A DNA stretch of 64,000 bases, taken from the NCBI GenBank assembly GCA_016176405.1, contig JACOXG010000012.1:2217-66216 (forward strand), read 5' to 3'. The notes under the pieces were generated by a model, which ran no database searches, was not told the DNA's origin, and saw nothing but the letters and a program-made list of their open reading frames with translations. Below, piece by piece: positions 27,543 through 36,850 of this stretch (the first letter of the stretch is position 1; every line of letters starts with the position of its first letter). A program made the position numbers and the translations under genes. The stretch comes from Candidatus Daviesbacteria bacterium (lineage in GTDB: Bacteria > Patescibacteriota > Microgenomatia > Daviesbacterales > UBA10151).

Positions 27543-27560
27543 CGAATTAGGAAATTTGTC
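27516..27560 (+). repeat. family-1 repeat element, short copy overlapping the pgm 3' end
   Basis: gagggtccttcgacaaactcaggatgacgaattaggaaatttgtca. Hairpin TGACGAAT/ATTTGTCA. The stop codon TGA lies within the conserved caggaTGAca. Confidence 0.65.
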
Positions 27561-27597
27561 ACTTGCCAAAATAATTTGATTATGATTTAATAATAAA

Positions 27598-27700
27598 TAC
27601 ATCAAGAGTTCCCGCACCAAACTGGTGCGGGACGGCAACCGGAAAGTAACGGTGCCAAATTCCAACTGCCAATAGGCAGAACGAGAGGAAGATGTGTCCC
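27598..27700 (+). ncRNA. SAM-I-family riboswitch aptamer (possibly a SAM-I/IV variant)
   Basis: AUCAAGAG...P2 hairpin CCCGCACC-aaac-UGGUGCGGG...GGCAACC-loop-GGUGCC AAAUUCC ...P4 CUGCC-aaua-GGCAG ...AGAUG. The P3/J3-4 core matches the SAM-I consensus GGCAACC...GGUGCCAAUUCC. Sits upstream of metK. Confidence 0.6.
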
Positions 27701-27725
27701 GAGCTTGTCGAGGGAAAACTTTAAG

Positions 27726-27748
27726 CCTCTCGATTAGAGAGGTTTTTT
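27726..27748 (+). terminator. riboswitch expression-platform terminator
   Basis: CCTCTC-gatta-GAGAGG followed by TTTTTT, 2 nt before the metK ATG. Confidence 0.65.
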
Positions 27749-27750
27749 AA

Positions 27751-28863
27751 ATGATAAAAAACGGTAATACATCTTTCACTTCCGAATCAGTCTGCGCTGG
27801 TCATCCAGATAAAATTTGTGACCAAATCTCTGATGCTATATTAGATGCAGTTTTAACTCAAGATTCTCAAGGCAGAACTGCCATTGAATGTTTAGCAGGA
27901 CATAATAGACTAATTATTGCCGGAGAAGTAGGTGCCAAAGCCAAAATCAATTTTAAAAAAATTGCCAGAGATCAAATAAAAAGATTAGGTTATACTAATT
28001 CTGAATTTAATTTTTCAGACAAATCTCCAATAGAGGTATTTGTTCACGAACAATCCCCGGAAATTGCTGTTGGGGTAAAGAAAAAAGGAGCAGGGGATCA
28101 GGGAATGATGTTTGGTTTTGCCTGTAAGGAAACTGACTCACTGATGCCTCTTCCTATTACTATTGCCCATGCCTTAGTTAAAAGAATGGATCAAGTCAGG
28201 GAGGAAAAAATTGTTAAATATTTAAGGCCTGATGGGAAATCGCAGGTCACTGTGGAATATAGAAATGGCAAGCCCTATCGAGTAACTCAAGTTGTAATAG
28301 CAATACCACATGAAGAATCAGTGGATCTAAGTCAGGTGAAAGATGATGTATATAAAAATATTGTCATACCAGTTTTGGATGTTTTTGGATTTAAAATAAA
28401 AAAGGATCAATTAATTGTAAATGGTACAGGTATCTGGCATAACGGAGGGCCGGCATCAGATTGCGGGTTAACTGGTAGGAAAATTGTGGTTGATACTTAT
28501 GGAGGTATGAGTAGGGTAGGTGGTGGTTGTTTTTCTGGAAAAGAACCTTCAAAAGTTGATAGGGGAGGAGCATATGCTGCCAGATTTTTGGCCAAAAATA
28601 TTGTGGCTTCTGGTTTGGCTGATAAAGCAGAAGTGAGACTAGCCTATTTTATTGGGGCTAAAAAACCAACCATGCAAGATGTGGAAACATTTGGTACTGC
28701 TAAAAAATCTCATAAAATTATACTTTCTTTTATGAATAAAATTTTAGATACTTCAGTTTCAGGGATTTTACAAGGATTAGATTTACAAAGACCAATATAT
28801 TTACCAACAGCCTCATATGGACATTTCGGTAGAGAAGAATTCCCTTGGGAAAGAATAGTTTAA
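27751..28863 (+). CDS. metK: S-adenosylmethionine synthetase
   Basis: SESVCAGHPDKICDQISDAILDA...GAGDQGMMFGFA...GGGCFSGKEPSKVDRGGAYAARF are MAT signature blocks. Short 370-aa form. Confidence 0.88.
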   Translation: MIKNGNTSFTSESVCAGHPDKICDQISDAILDAVLTQDSQGRTAIECLAGHNRLIIAGEVGAKAKINFKKIARDQIKRLGYTNSEFNFSDKSPIEVFVHEQSPEIAVGVKKKGAGDQGMMFGFACKETDSLMPLPITIAHALVKRMDQVREEKIVKYLRPDGKSQVTVEYRNGKPYRVTQVVIAIPHEESVDLSQVKDDVYKNIVIPVLDVFGFKIKKDQLIVNGTGIWHNGGPASDCGLTGRKIVVDTYGGMSRVGGGCFSGKEPSKVDRGGAYAARFLAKNIVASGLADKAEVRLAYFIGAKKPTMQDVETFGTAKKSHKIILSFMNKILDTSVSGILQGLDLQRPIYLPTASYGHFGREEFPWERIV

Positions 28864-28870
28864 ATATAAC

Positions 28871-29734
28871 CTAAAGATATTTTTCAAAAAATTCTTCAAT
28901 TAATTTTTGATAATTAGTACCAGATAAATATCCGTGAGGCCCTCGGTCTAAAATTACTACTTGAGAATTTTTATTATTTTTTAAAACCTCTTTAAACCTT
29001 TGACTGTTTTTAATTGAGACTACATCATCAGCTGGGCTGGCAATTATCAAAATAGGTGTTAATAAATTTGCAAGAATTCTATCTGGGGCAGCATCCTTTG
29101 CATCTAAATTATAAATTAATTTTGCCCAAAATTTAGTAAGGGACATTAAAGGTTTTTGTAAATATGGAAGATGACCATAATAAACCTCTCCCATTAAATC
29201 TAAATTAGCAAAGGCAGAATCTGCAACAGAAGCTTTAACATCTTGAGTATGTGGTAGTGTTAAAAGCCCCACCGATCCTCCAAAAGAAAAGCCCATCAAC
29301 CCAATGCTTTCTATCTTTTTATTCTCCTTTAAAAATTTTATAGCTGCTAAAACATCTTTTGTTTCATTTACTCCTAAAGTAGTGTAGGCACCCTCGCTTC
29401 TACCAAAATATCTAAAGTCTATAAATAAAAGATGATACTTTTCCTTTAGAAAGGCTGACCAATCTAGCAAATCTCCTTTATCTGCAGGATAACCATGAAG
29501 TAAAATCACAGCTTTGTTACTACTTTTATCATCTGATAATACAAACCAAGTAGAAAGTTTGACAGAATCTGAAGTTTTTAGAGTAATTTCCTCAAACTGC
29601 CAGCCTAGATCTTTAGGGCTAACTCTAGAGATAATTTTAGGAGGGTGAGTGGCTTGCCAAAATCCTAAAAAAGAAATCACAAGCATTAGAATAACAGGAG
29701 TTAAAATAAGGTAAACTAACATTCTTGTTTTCAT
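28871..29734 (-). CDS. alpha/beta hydrolase (membrane-anchored; GxSxG nucleophile GFSFGG)
   Basis: N-terminal TM helix. VILLHGYPADKGD...GLMGFSFGGSVGLL...D...H pattern. Confidence 0.6.
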   Translation of the reverse strand: MKTRMLVYLILTPVILMLVISFLGFWQATHPPKIISRVSPKDLGWQFEEITLKTSDSVKLSTWFVLSDDKSSNKAVILLHGYPADKGDLLDWSAFLKEKYHLLFIDFRYFGRSEGAYTTLGVNETKDVLAAIKFLKENKKIESIGLMGFSFGGSVGLLTLPHTQDVKASVADSAFANLDLMGEVYYGHLPYLQKPLMSLTKFWAKLIYNLDAKDAAPDRILANLLTPILIIASPADDVVSIKNSQRFKEVLKNNKNSQVVILDRGPHGYLSGTNYQKLIEEFFEKYL

Positions 29735-29742
29735 TTTACAAT

Positions 29743-30012
29743 CTATCTAATATAAAAATCAGAAAAGTTTTGCACCTTACCTTCATTTACCAAAACAGAT
29801 TCCACATTTGCTAAATTAGGGCCTTCATGGCACCAGCTTAAAAATTGGTCTAATTTATTCTCCTCTCCTTCAATCTCAATATAAACCGAACCATCCGGCA
29901 TATTTTTGGCAAAACCAGTTAAATTTAGCTTGTCAGCCTCTTCCTTGCTACTTACTCTAAAAAACACTCCCTGAACACTACCATAAATTTTTATATTTAA
30001 ATGTTTGTACAC
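29743..30012 (-). CDS. acyP: acylphosphatase
   Basis: IYGSVQGVFFRVSSKEEADKLNLTGFAKNMPDGSVYIEIEG matches the V-x-G-x-VQGV-x-FR signature. 89 aa. Confidence 0.8.
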   Translation of the reverse strand: MYKHLNIKIYGSVQGVFFRVSSKEEADKLNLTGFAKNMPDGSVYIEIEGEENKLDQFLSWCHEGPNLANVESVLVNEGKVQNFSDFYIR

Positions 30013-30060
30013 TTTATTGGCAAAATATGTTGTTTAAATGATTTAAATCAATGGAACAAT

Positions 30061-30654
30061 TCAATGTCGCCATTTAATAGAACAACCGATACTGGGTTTC
30101 TGATTGGATGCGGGTAATTGGCCGGATAAAATGGCATCAATTGCGGCCCTCAAGTCTTTACCTGTGACAGGAATATTATTTCCTGGTCTTGAATCATCAA
30201 GTTGTCCTCGATAAACTAACTTTCTATCAGCATCAAAGAGAAATAGATCAGGAGTGCAGGTAGCTGAATAATCTTTGGCTACCTCTTGAGTTCCGTCATA
30301 CAAATAAGGAAAGATAAACATTAACTTAGTAGCTTGTTCTTTCAAGGATTCCGGAGCATCCTCAGGATAAGAGGTTATATCATTTGAAGAAATTGCCACA
30401 ATTGCTATATCTTTTTCCTGATAATCTTTACCAATTTGGGAAAGTTCTTTTTGAACATGCTGAACATAAGGGCAATGTCTGCAGATAAACATAATAAGAA
30501 ATGCTTTTTTATTTTCAAAATCAGAAACTGAAACAGTAGTGCCTGAGGTAACATCAGTCAATGAAAAGTTTGGAGCTTTAGTCCCCAGTGGTAACATTGA
30601 AGATTCAACAGCCATAGAAGAATAAATATTATTCCAAATATTAGGAAAATTCAA
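30061..30654 (-). CDS. thioredoxin-fold thiol-disulfide oxidoreductase (CxxC: CRHC)
   Basis: KAFLIMFICRHCPYVQHV...DIAIVAISSND. Confidence 0.55.
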   Translation of the reverse strand: MNFPNIWNNIYSSMAVESSMLPLGTKAPNFSLTDVTSGTTVSVSDFENKKAFLIMFICRHCPYVQHVQKELSQIGKDYQEKDIAIVAISSNDITSYPEDAPESLKEQATKLMFIFPYLYDGTQEVAKDYSATCTPDLFLFDADRKLVYRGQLDDSRPGNNIPVTGKDLRAAIDAILSGQLPASNQKPSIGCSIKWRH

Positions 30655-31429
30655 GGATTATGGGTAGATGATCAGAAATTTGAATATTGGGTACTTGGAA
30701 GTTTTTAACTTCAATACCTTTTGAGACAAAGGTATAATCAGCAAACTTTTGAAAATCAGAGCTTTTAAAATAAGGACTTAAATTACTTCTGGTTCTTTTT
30801 ATGTTAAACTCTTTAATTAAATTCCTAAAATCTTTTTCTAATGTTTTAATTAAATATGTATTTGGCAATAAATTAAAATCTCCCACCAATATTTTGGCCC
30901 CCATTGTTCTGTTAAGAATGCTCCATACCCTTTTTGCTTCCCTTAAGCGATTATCTGAATCAAGTTTATCTGGAGGATAAGCAGAACCATGAAAATTAAA
31001 AATATGGAAATTTTTGCCATTGATACTAATTTGGACATGATGGAGGGGAGTGGCTAAATTTGAAAAATCTTTTTTAAGAAAATATAGCGACTTAGGTTTA
31101 TAAATAAAATAATTTTTATAATCTGCTATTTTAATATGATTCTTAAGAAAAATGGCTATTCCATAAGATAAATCAAAGTTAACTTTCTTTGCTTCATCAT
31201 CAAATCCAAACAGGGTGGGAAAATAAAATACTTGAAAATCTTTTAAGATATTTTTAAGTTCATCTAAAAGATTAGCCCTAATAATATTTTTATATTGTTT
31301 AACATTAGAATTAGTATCATAAATTTCTTGTAAACAGAAAATATCTGTGTCATCAGCCTGACTTTGAATAAATTCTATTAAAGGTTCAAAAACTTTGCCA
31401 CCCCAGGTATTTAGAGATATAAGTTTCAT
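30641..31429 (-). CDS. endonuclease/exonuclease/phosphatase (EEP) family protein
   Basis: ISLNTWGG...DIFCLQEI...ILVGDFN...SDHLPIILEF are EEP catalytic motifs. Confidence 0.7.
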   Translation of the reverse strand: MKLISLNTWGGKVFEPLIEFIQSQADDTDIFCLQEIYDTNSNVKQYKNIIRANLLDELKNILKDFQVFYFPTLFGFDDEAKKVNFDLSYGIAIFLKNHIKIADYKNYFIYKPKSLYFLKKDFSNLATPLHHVQISINGKNFHIFNFHGSAYPPDKLDSDNRLREAKRVWSILNRTMGAKILVGDFNLLPNTYLIKTLEKDFRNLIKEFNIKRTRSNLSPYFKSSDFQKFADYTFVSKGIEVKNFQVPNIQISDHLPIILEFS

Positions 31430-31501
31430 ATTTAGTTTATCACTTGATTCTATCTGAATAAATTAAGTCATTCAACTACAGAAAGATGCTATGATTAAAT
31501 T

Positions 31502-32713
31502 ATGCAAAAAGGTTTCACGCAAATTATTTTTATTATAATAATTCTCCTTGCTTCTGGTGGTATTGTTGTTGGATCATATCTGATTAAAAATAATTTAAAG
31601 AATGTTTCTTCTAATAGTGCTAAAAATGTTGAGTTCAATCACCAACAAACTTCCCAGAAAACTCCAGAAAGAATTGATTTTGATAGTTCTTGTTTTCCCC
31701 AAGATATTTATAAGGATAAAGCTGTTTGTATAGATGAGGCAGGACAAGTTAATTTATTAGAATTACCTTCTATGAAGAAGACCCAAATTACTAATGTTAC
31801 TTCAAGGAAATATTTTGCTCAAATTGAAGGAAATTATATAGCCTGGTTAGATGAACGAGCACAAGTTGTAGGTAGTACATCAACTAGAAATGGAGTTAGT
31901 GGTCCAGTTCGACAAGATAGAATAGGACAAGATATCTTTCTATATAATTTAACAACTAAAGAAGAAAAGAAAATAACTACCACACCCGCAACAAGAACTG
32001 AACTTCAACTAAATGAAAACTATATTGTCTGGACTGAACAAAGAGGCGATATAACTTTAGAGAACTATAGAAAGAATGAAATTCACATCTTTGATATTTC
32101 ACTATCAAAAGAGATTTTTTCTTCTACAGTAAGTAGCACTAAAAAACAGTTGCGTTTATGGAAAGATAAACTGGTGTGGGCTGATAGTAGGAATGGAAAA
32201 GATACTGGTTGTGATAATTGTGCAAACAATAGATTTGATATTTATTTATATGATTTTAAAACTGGTCAGGAAAAAATTTTAGTAGAAGGTCCTTATCTTA
32301 AAATAGATCCTGATATAGAAGAAAATAGCTTAGTATGGATAGATTACAGAAACAAAATGTCAGATGTTTACTTAATGGATATTTCTACTGGTAAGGAAAA
32401 GCAAATTACTAATGCTAATGACAATGAGGTGAATTCACGAATAGAAAATGGTAGGGTATTTTGGTCTGTCAGATGGGCATGTGATGTTGGGCCCATTAAA
32501 ATTGCCACTGGATCGGGGTCACAAATAAAATCCCCCAGCTCCCAATTTGGCGATTTGGATACTGGTGTATATGTTTATAATTTGTCTACTCAAGAGAAAA
32601 AGAAACTGACAGATTATGTAGAACCATCATTTATAGTTTCTGGTAACTTAGTGGTTATTGGGGAAGGTTGTCATGGTGTTAAGCCCAAAGTTTATGGAAT
32701 ATATGTAGATTAA
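31502..32713 (+). CDS. secreted/membrane-anchored PD40 (TolB-like) beta-propeller repeat protein
   Basis: N-terminal TM helix. Repeated Y-I/V-x-W-x-D/E-x-R blades (YIAWLDERAQ, YIVWTEQRGD, KLVWADSRNG, SLVWIDYRNK, GRVFWSVRW). Confidence 0.45.
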   Translation: MQKGFTQIIFIIIILLASGGIVVGSYLIKNNLKNVSSNSAKNVEFNHQQTSQKTPERIDFDSSCFPQDIYKDKAVCIDEAGQVNLLELPSMKKTQITNVTSRKYFAQIEGNYIAWLDERAQVVGSTSTRNGVSGPVRQDRIGQDIFLYNLTTKEEKKITTTPATRTELQLNENYIVWTEQRGDITLENYRKNEIHIFDISLSKEIFSSTVSSTKKQLRLWKDKLVWADSRNGKDTGCDNCANNRFDIYLYDFKTGQEKILVEGPYLKIDPDIEENSLVWIDYRNKMSDVYLMDISTGKEKQITNANDNEVNSRIENGRVFWSVRWACDVGPIKIATGSGSQIKSPSSQFGDLDTGVYVYNLSTQEKKKLTDYVEPSFIVSGNLVVIGEGCHGVKPKVYGIYVD

Positions 32714-32822
32714 ACTTCGTTCAGTTGACCTTTTTAAAAAAATCCGACTCACATTAGGTTAAATTGGCTATTTATTTTCAGATGGAATTATATTTTCCCT
32801 GATGATAAAATACCACAAGTTA

Positions 32823-32894
32823 CGGGGATTAGTTCATCGGTAGAACGCTCGTATGGGGTACGAGAAGTAAAGAGTTCAATTCTCTTATCCCCGA
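32823..32894 (+). tRNA. tRNA-Pro (anticodon GGG), no encoded CCA
   Basis: Manual fold. Acceptor CGGGGAT/ATCCCCG (7 bp). U8. D stem GTTC/GAAC. Anticodon stem CTCGT/ACGAG with loop aT-GGG-Gt. T stem AAGAG/CTCTT with loop TTCAATT. Discriminator A. Confidence 0.7.
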
Positions 32895-33017
32895 CTATAG
32901 GATCTTAAGAGGATAATTCTCTACCCTATCTTTATAACTTATGATGTATGGATACATCCAAACAAGAAGCTATTTTGGGGTATTGACATTCGGTAAATAT
33001 ATGGTTATAACACTTGT

Positions 33018-34079
33018 ATGGTTCAAGATAATGGTGATGCAAAAAAGGCAGCAATCTCCGCAGCTTTAGCTCAAATTCAAAAACAATATGGTATGGGTTC
33101 AATCATGAGGCTGGGTGAGAGAACAGAGAAACTAACTATGCAGGTTATTCCTACAGGTTCCATAGCCTTGGATCTTGCTTTAGGAGTTGGGGGTCTGCCC
33201 AAAGGTAGAATTGTAGAAATTTTTGGCCCTGAGGCATCAGGGAAAACCACAGTTTGTCTTCATATTATTGCTGAGGCTCAAAAAAAAGGAGGAGTGGCAG
33301 CCTTTATTGATGCAGAACATGCCCTAGATCCCCAAAGAGCTCAAAAAATAGGAGTTAATTTAGATGATTTACTTATTTCTCAACCAGATACCGGCGAGCA
33401 AGCATTAGAGATTGCTGAAGCTTTGATTAGATCAGGAGGAATTGATGTTTTGGTAATAGATTCGGTGGCAGCTTTAGTACCAAGGGCGGAACTGGAAGGT
33501 GAGATGGGAGATGCTGTTATGGGAATGCAAGCAAGGCTTATGTCTCAAGCTTTACGTAAGTTAACAGGTGCAGTTTCCAATACTAACACGATTATTATTT
33601 TTACCAATCAGCTCAGACAAAAAATTGGAGTGATGTTTGGAAATCCAGAGACTACTCCCGGTGGATTGGCCCTAAAGTTTTATACTTCCATCAGATTAGA
33701 TATTAGAAAAATTGAAAATATTAAGTCAGCGGACATAGTCGTTGGGTCAAGACACAGAGTAAAAGTTGTTAAAAATAAAGTTGCTCCCCCATTTAGAATT
33801 GCTGAGTTTGATATGGACAATCAAGGTATTTCTCACGAAGGAGAACTGTTGGATGTAGGGATTGAACTGGGGATTATCCAAAAGAGCGGAGCATTTTTAA
33901 AGTGGAATGATGTCATGTTAGGGCAAGGTAGAGCTGCAGCTATAGAATATCTGAAGACCAATAAAAAAGATGCCCTGGCTTTGGAAAAAGAAATCAGAAA
34001 CTCCTGGGGAAAAGAGAAAAAATCTGATATGGTGGTGGGTCAAGAAGAAGACGCAGGAGCAATTCAAGAAGCAGTTTAG
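33018..34079 (+). CDS. recA: recombinase RecA
   Basis: [29 protein letters not shown] (Walker A)...[10 protein letters not shown]...L1/L2 loops. Confidence 0.95.
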   Translation: MVQDNGDAKKAAISAALAQIQKQYGMGSIMRLGERTEKLTMQVIPTGSIALDLALGVGGLPKGRIVEIFGPEASGKTTVCLHIIAEAQKKGGVAAFIDAEHALDPQRAQKIGVNLDDLLISQPDTGEQALEIAEALIRSGGIDVLVIDSVAALVPRAELEGEMGDAVMGMQARLMSQALRKLTGAVSNTNTIIIFTNQLRQKIGVMFGNPETTPGGLALKFYTSIRLDIRKIENIKSADIVVGSRHRVKVVKNKVAPPFRIAEFDMDNQGISHEGELLDVGIELGIIQKSGAFLKWNDVMLGQGRAAAIEYLKTNKKDALALEKEIRNSWGKEKKSDMVVGQEEDAGAIQEAV

Positions 34080-34096
34080 TTTATGTAACTTTTTAG

Positions 34097-34774
34097 ATGC
34101 CCAAAATTACCTCAGTTGAACCTCAGAAAAAAACCCTTAGACTTCGCTCAGGGCAAGGTCCGCACAGATTTAATATTTTTTTAGATGGAGTGTTTGCTTT
34201 TGGGGCAGATGAGGATTTGGTGGTAGAAAATAGGTTAGTGGAGGGAAAATTACTTGACACATCCGATGTGGAACAGCTGTTATTTGAGGCAGAGGTAGGA
34301 AAATTGATGGAGAAGATGTATGGACTTTTTAATATCAGACAAAGATCTGAAAGAGAAGTCAGGAATTATTTTAGAGTCAAGAATCTAGAATCTAGAATCA
34401 AGGGTAAAGAAGAAATAAGCGATTTAGCAATTGAGTTAGTTATTAAAAAGTTAAAACAAAAAAATCTAATAAATGATGAGGAATTTGCCAAAGCTTGGGT
34501 AGAATCAAGATCCAGAAAGTATGGCATAAATAGAATAAAACAGGAACTTTTTCAAAAAGGGATTAATAGAGAAATTATAGAGGAAGTGACTAGAGTCGAG
34601 AGTCTAGAGTCTAGTGAAGAAGTGGCCCAACAACTTTTGGAAAAGAAGATGAGAGTATGGAAAGATTTACCAATTTTAGAATTTAAAAAGAAAGCTTATG
34701 AGTTTTTAATGAGAAGGGGTTTTGAGTTTGAAGTAGTTAAGGCTGTTGTTGAAAAATATCTTAAAAAAGAGTAA
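34097..34774 (+). CDS. recX: recombination regulator RecX
   Basis: Lies immediately downstream of recA. Three-helix repeat architecture ...INDEEFAKAWVESRSRKYGINRIKQELFQKGINREIIEEV...KAYEFLMRRGFEFEVVKAV. Confidence 0.75.
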   Translation: MPKITSVEPQKKTLRLRSGQGPHRFNIFLDGVFAFGADEDLVVENRLVEGKLLDTSDVEQLLFEAEVGKLMEKMYGLFNIRQRSEREVRNYFRVKNLESRIKGKEEISDLAIELVIKKLKQKNLINDEEFAKAWVESRSRKYGINRIKQELFQKGINREIIEEVTRVESLESSEEVAQQLLEKKMRVWKDLPILEFKKKAYEFLMRRGFEFEVVKAVVEKYLKKE

Positions 34775-34887
34775 AATATTTATAGAGAATCACAAAAAGA
34801 GTGAGCGAAATTATGAAGAAACTATTCTTCCAAATTAAACTTTCTCCCAGCTTCGAGTAATCGAAGTTTTTTCTGATTCTCCAAAAA

Positions 34888-35742
34888 ATGGCACAGCACT
34901 CATTTGGTCCTAAAAATTTTGGTTCCCAACCCAGCCAGTCTTCCAGTGGAGATTTCTCAAGTAGTGAAGCAGAACTTGCCAAAAGAGAGGGAATTTTAGA
35001 GGAAAGAGAAAGGCAAATTTCAGAAAAACAAAAGCTAGTTGATGAAAAGTTGGAACAACTGGAAAAGACAAGAAAAGATTTAGTTGCAAAATTAGAAAAG
35101 TCTGCCAAGATGTCTTCTGATGATGCAGGTAAGATTCTTTTAGAACAAGTAGAAAAAGATTTAGCAGTTGAAATATCTAAAAAGATTACAGAGGCAGAAG
35201 AGGAGATAAAAGTTACTGTAGCTGAGAAAAGTAAGGAAATATTGGCAGATGCAATAGTACACGGATTTACAGACTATATTTCAGAATTTACCACCTCCAG
35301 AATAAATTTACCTGATGAAGAAGTGAAAGGGAGAATTATTGGTAAAGAAGGTAGAAATATTAGGACATTTGAACAAGCCACTGGGGTGGATGTCATTATG
35401 GATGATGAAATTCCCAACAGTTTAATTTTATCATCTTTTGATTCTGTCAGAAGAGAGATTGCCAAAGTTTCTTTGGAAAGACTTATGCTTGATGGTAGGA
35501 TTCAGCCACAAAGAATTGAGGAAATTGTTAAAAAAACCGAGGAAGATTTTGAAAAATTGATGCTGGAAGCAGGAGAAAAACTTTGTCGGGATGCAGGAGT
35601 GTTTAATCTGCCGGCAGAATTGGTTCAGATTTTAGGCAGATTCAAATATAGATTTTCCTTTGGGCAAAACTTAATTCAACATACACTGGAGGAAACCAGA
35701 ATTGGAGTGGCTTTAGCAAAAAATGATTGGAGCAGATGCTAA
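34888..35742 (+). CDS. rny: ribonuclease Y, N-terminal fragment (KH domain), interrupted by a frameshift
   Basis: GKEGRNIRTFEQATGVDVIMDD (KH)...GRFKYRFSFGQNLIQHTLEETRIGVALAK, then a stop. The continuation is in the +1 frame at the A6 tract (35718-35723). Confidence 0.75.
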   Translation: MAQHSFGPKNFGSQPSQSSSGDFSSSEAELAKREGILEERERQISEKQKLVDEKLEQLEKTRKDLVAKLEKSAKMSSDDAGKILLEQVEKDLAVEISKKITEAEEEIKVTVAEKSKEILADAIVHGFTDYISEFTTSRINLPDEEVKGRIIGKEGRNIRTFEQATGVDVIMDDEIPNSLILSSFDSVRREIAKVSLERLMLDGRIQPQRIEEIVKKTEEDFEKLMLEAGEKLCRDAGVFNLPAELVQILGRFKYRFSFGQNLIQHTLEETRIGVALAKNDWSRC

Positions 35743-36235
35743 TATTGTTCGTTTAGGGTGTTTATTACATGATGTTGGTAAAGTGGTCACTGAAGGTGAT
35801 GAGGGCACACATGTAGAAAAGGGTGTGCAAATTGCCAAAAAATTTAAGATGCCGGAGGAGGTTGTTAATTGTATTGCCGAACATCATGAAGATAAACCAT
35901 TCTCTTCTGTTGAGTCAGTTTTAGTATATGTGGCAGATGCTATTTCCGGTGGCAGACCTGGAGCCAGACATGAAAATGTGGAGGATTACATAAAGCGGTT
36001 GGATGACATAGAAAAAATTGCCACCTCTTTTGAGGGAGTGGATAGGGCTTTTGCAGTTCAAGCCGGTAGAGAAGTTAGAGTGATAGTGACACCTGAGAGA
36101 ATCTCTGATGATGAGTTGCCAAAATTAGTTCATGATATTGGGGAGCGGATTTCTAAAGAAGTGATGGTACCGGGAGCTGTTAAAATTACAGCGGTCAGAG
36201 AAACCAGAGCCACAGAGACAGTCATGAGCCAGTAA
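35723..36235 (+). CDS. rny: ribonuclease Y, C-terminal fragment (HD domain)
   Basis: LLHDVGKVVTEGDEGTHVEKGVQIAKKFKMPEEVVNCIAEHHED...VADAISGGRPGARHE...FAVQAGREVRVIV matches the RNase Y HD domain. Confidence 0.75.
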   Translation: MIGADANIVRLGCLLHDVGKVVTEGDEGTHVEKGVQIAKKFKMPEEVVNCIAEHHEDKPFSSVESVLVYVADAISGGRPGARHENVEDYIKRLDDIEKIATSFEGVDRAFAVQAGREVRVIVTPERISDDELPKLVHDIGERISKEVMVPGAVKITAVRETRATETVMSQ

Positions 36236-36293
36236 AAAAGCAAAATGCGAAATGGGTCTTTACAAAAGCCTAAACTTCTGCTAAGTTGGTTTC

Positions 36294-36566
36294 ATGACTA
36301 AAAACGAGTTGATAGAAAAGGTTGCTAAGAAAGCTAATTTAACCAAAAGAGCCTCAGCTGATGCAGTTAATTCTACATTTAATTTAATCAGGGATGGATT
36401 AATTAGAGGAGAAAAAGTAGTTATAACAGGTTTTGGGACCTTCTTAATAAGATCTAGAGCAGCAAGAAGAGGTAGAAATCCACAAACCGGAGAAACAATC
36501 CAAATCCCTAATAAAAAAACTCCAGGTTTCACAGCAGGTAAAACCCTTAAAAGATTAATTAAGTAA
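36294..36566 (+). CDS. hup: DNA-binding protein HU
   Basis: MTKNELIEKVAKKANLTKRASADAVNSTFNLIRDGLIRGEKVVITGFGTFLIRSRAARRGRNPQTGETIQIP matches HU. Confidence 0.92.
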   Translation: MTKNELIEKVAKKANLTKRASADAVNSTFNLIRDGLIRGEKVVITGFGTFLIRSRAARRGRNPQTGETIQIPNKKTPGFTAGKTLKRLIK

Positions 36567-36598
36567 TCTCCAATAATAGTTTGTGATATATTTATTAT

Positions 36599-36850
36599 AT
36601 GAGCAAAAAAGCTTTTATAATTATTTTAATTTTAAGTGTGGTGGTAACATATGGAGCATCATTGCTAGATGCATTGATGGGTAACACTCTGCTTGCAGGT
36701 GAGTCTGGAATTCCATTTAAATACAGCAGGAGCACTTTATTTGGAAGGGGAAGTATAAACTATACGATGATGTTACTAAATATAGCATTCTGGTCTGTGG
36801 TTATTTGGGGAGCTTGGAAAGTTTTACAGAAGGTTATATCTAGAAGATAA
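36599..36850 (+). CDS. small hypothetical membrane protein (2 TM)
   Basis: 83-aa ORF with two hydrophobic helices. No recognisable family. Confidence 0.35.
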   Translation: MSKKAFIIILILSVVVTYGASLLDALMGNTLLAGESGIPFKYSRSTLFGRGSINYTMMLLNIAFWSVVIWGAWKVLQKVISRR

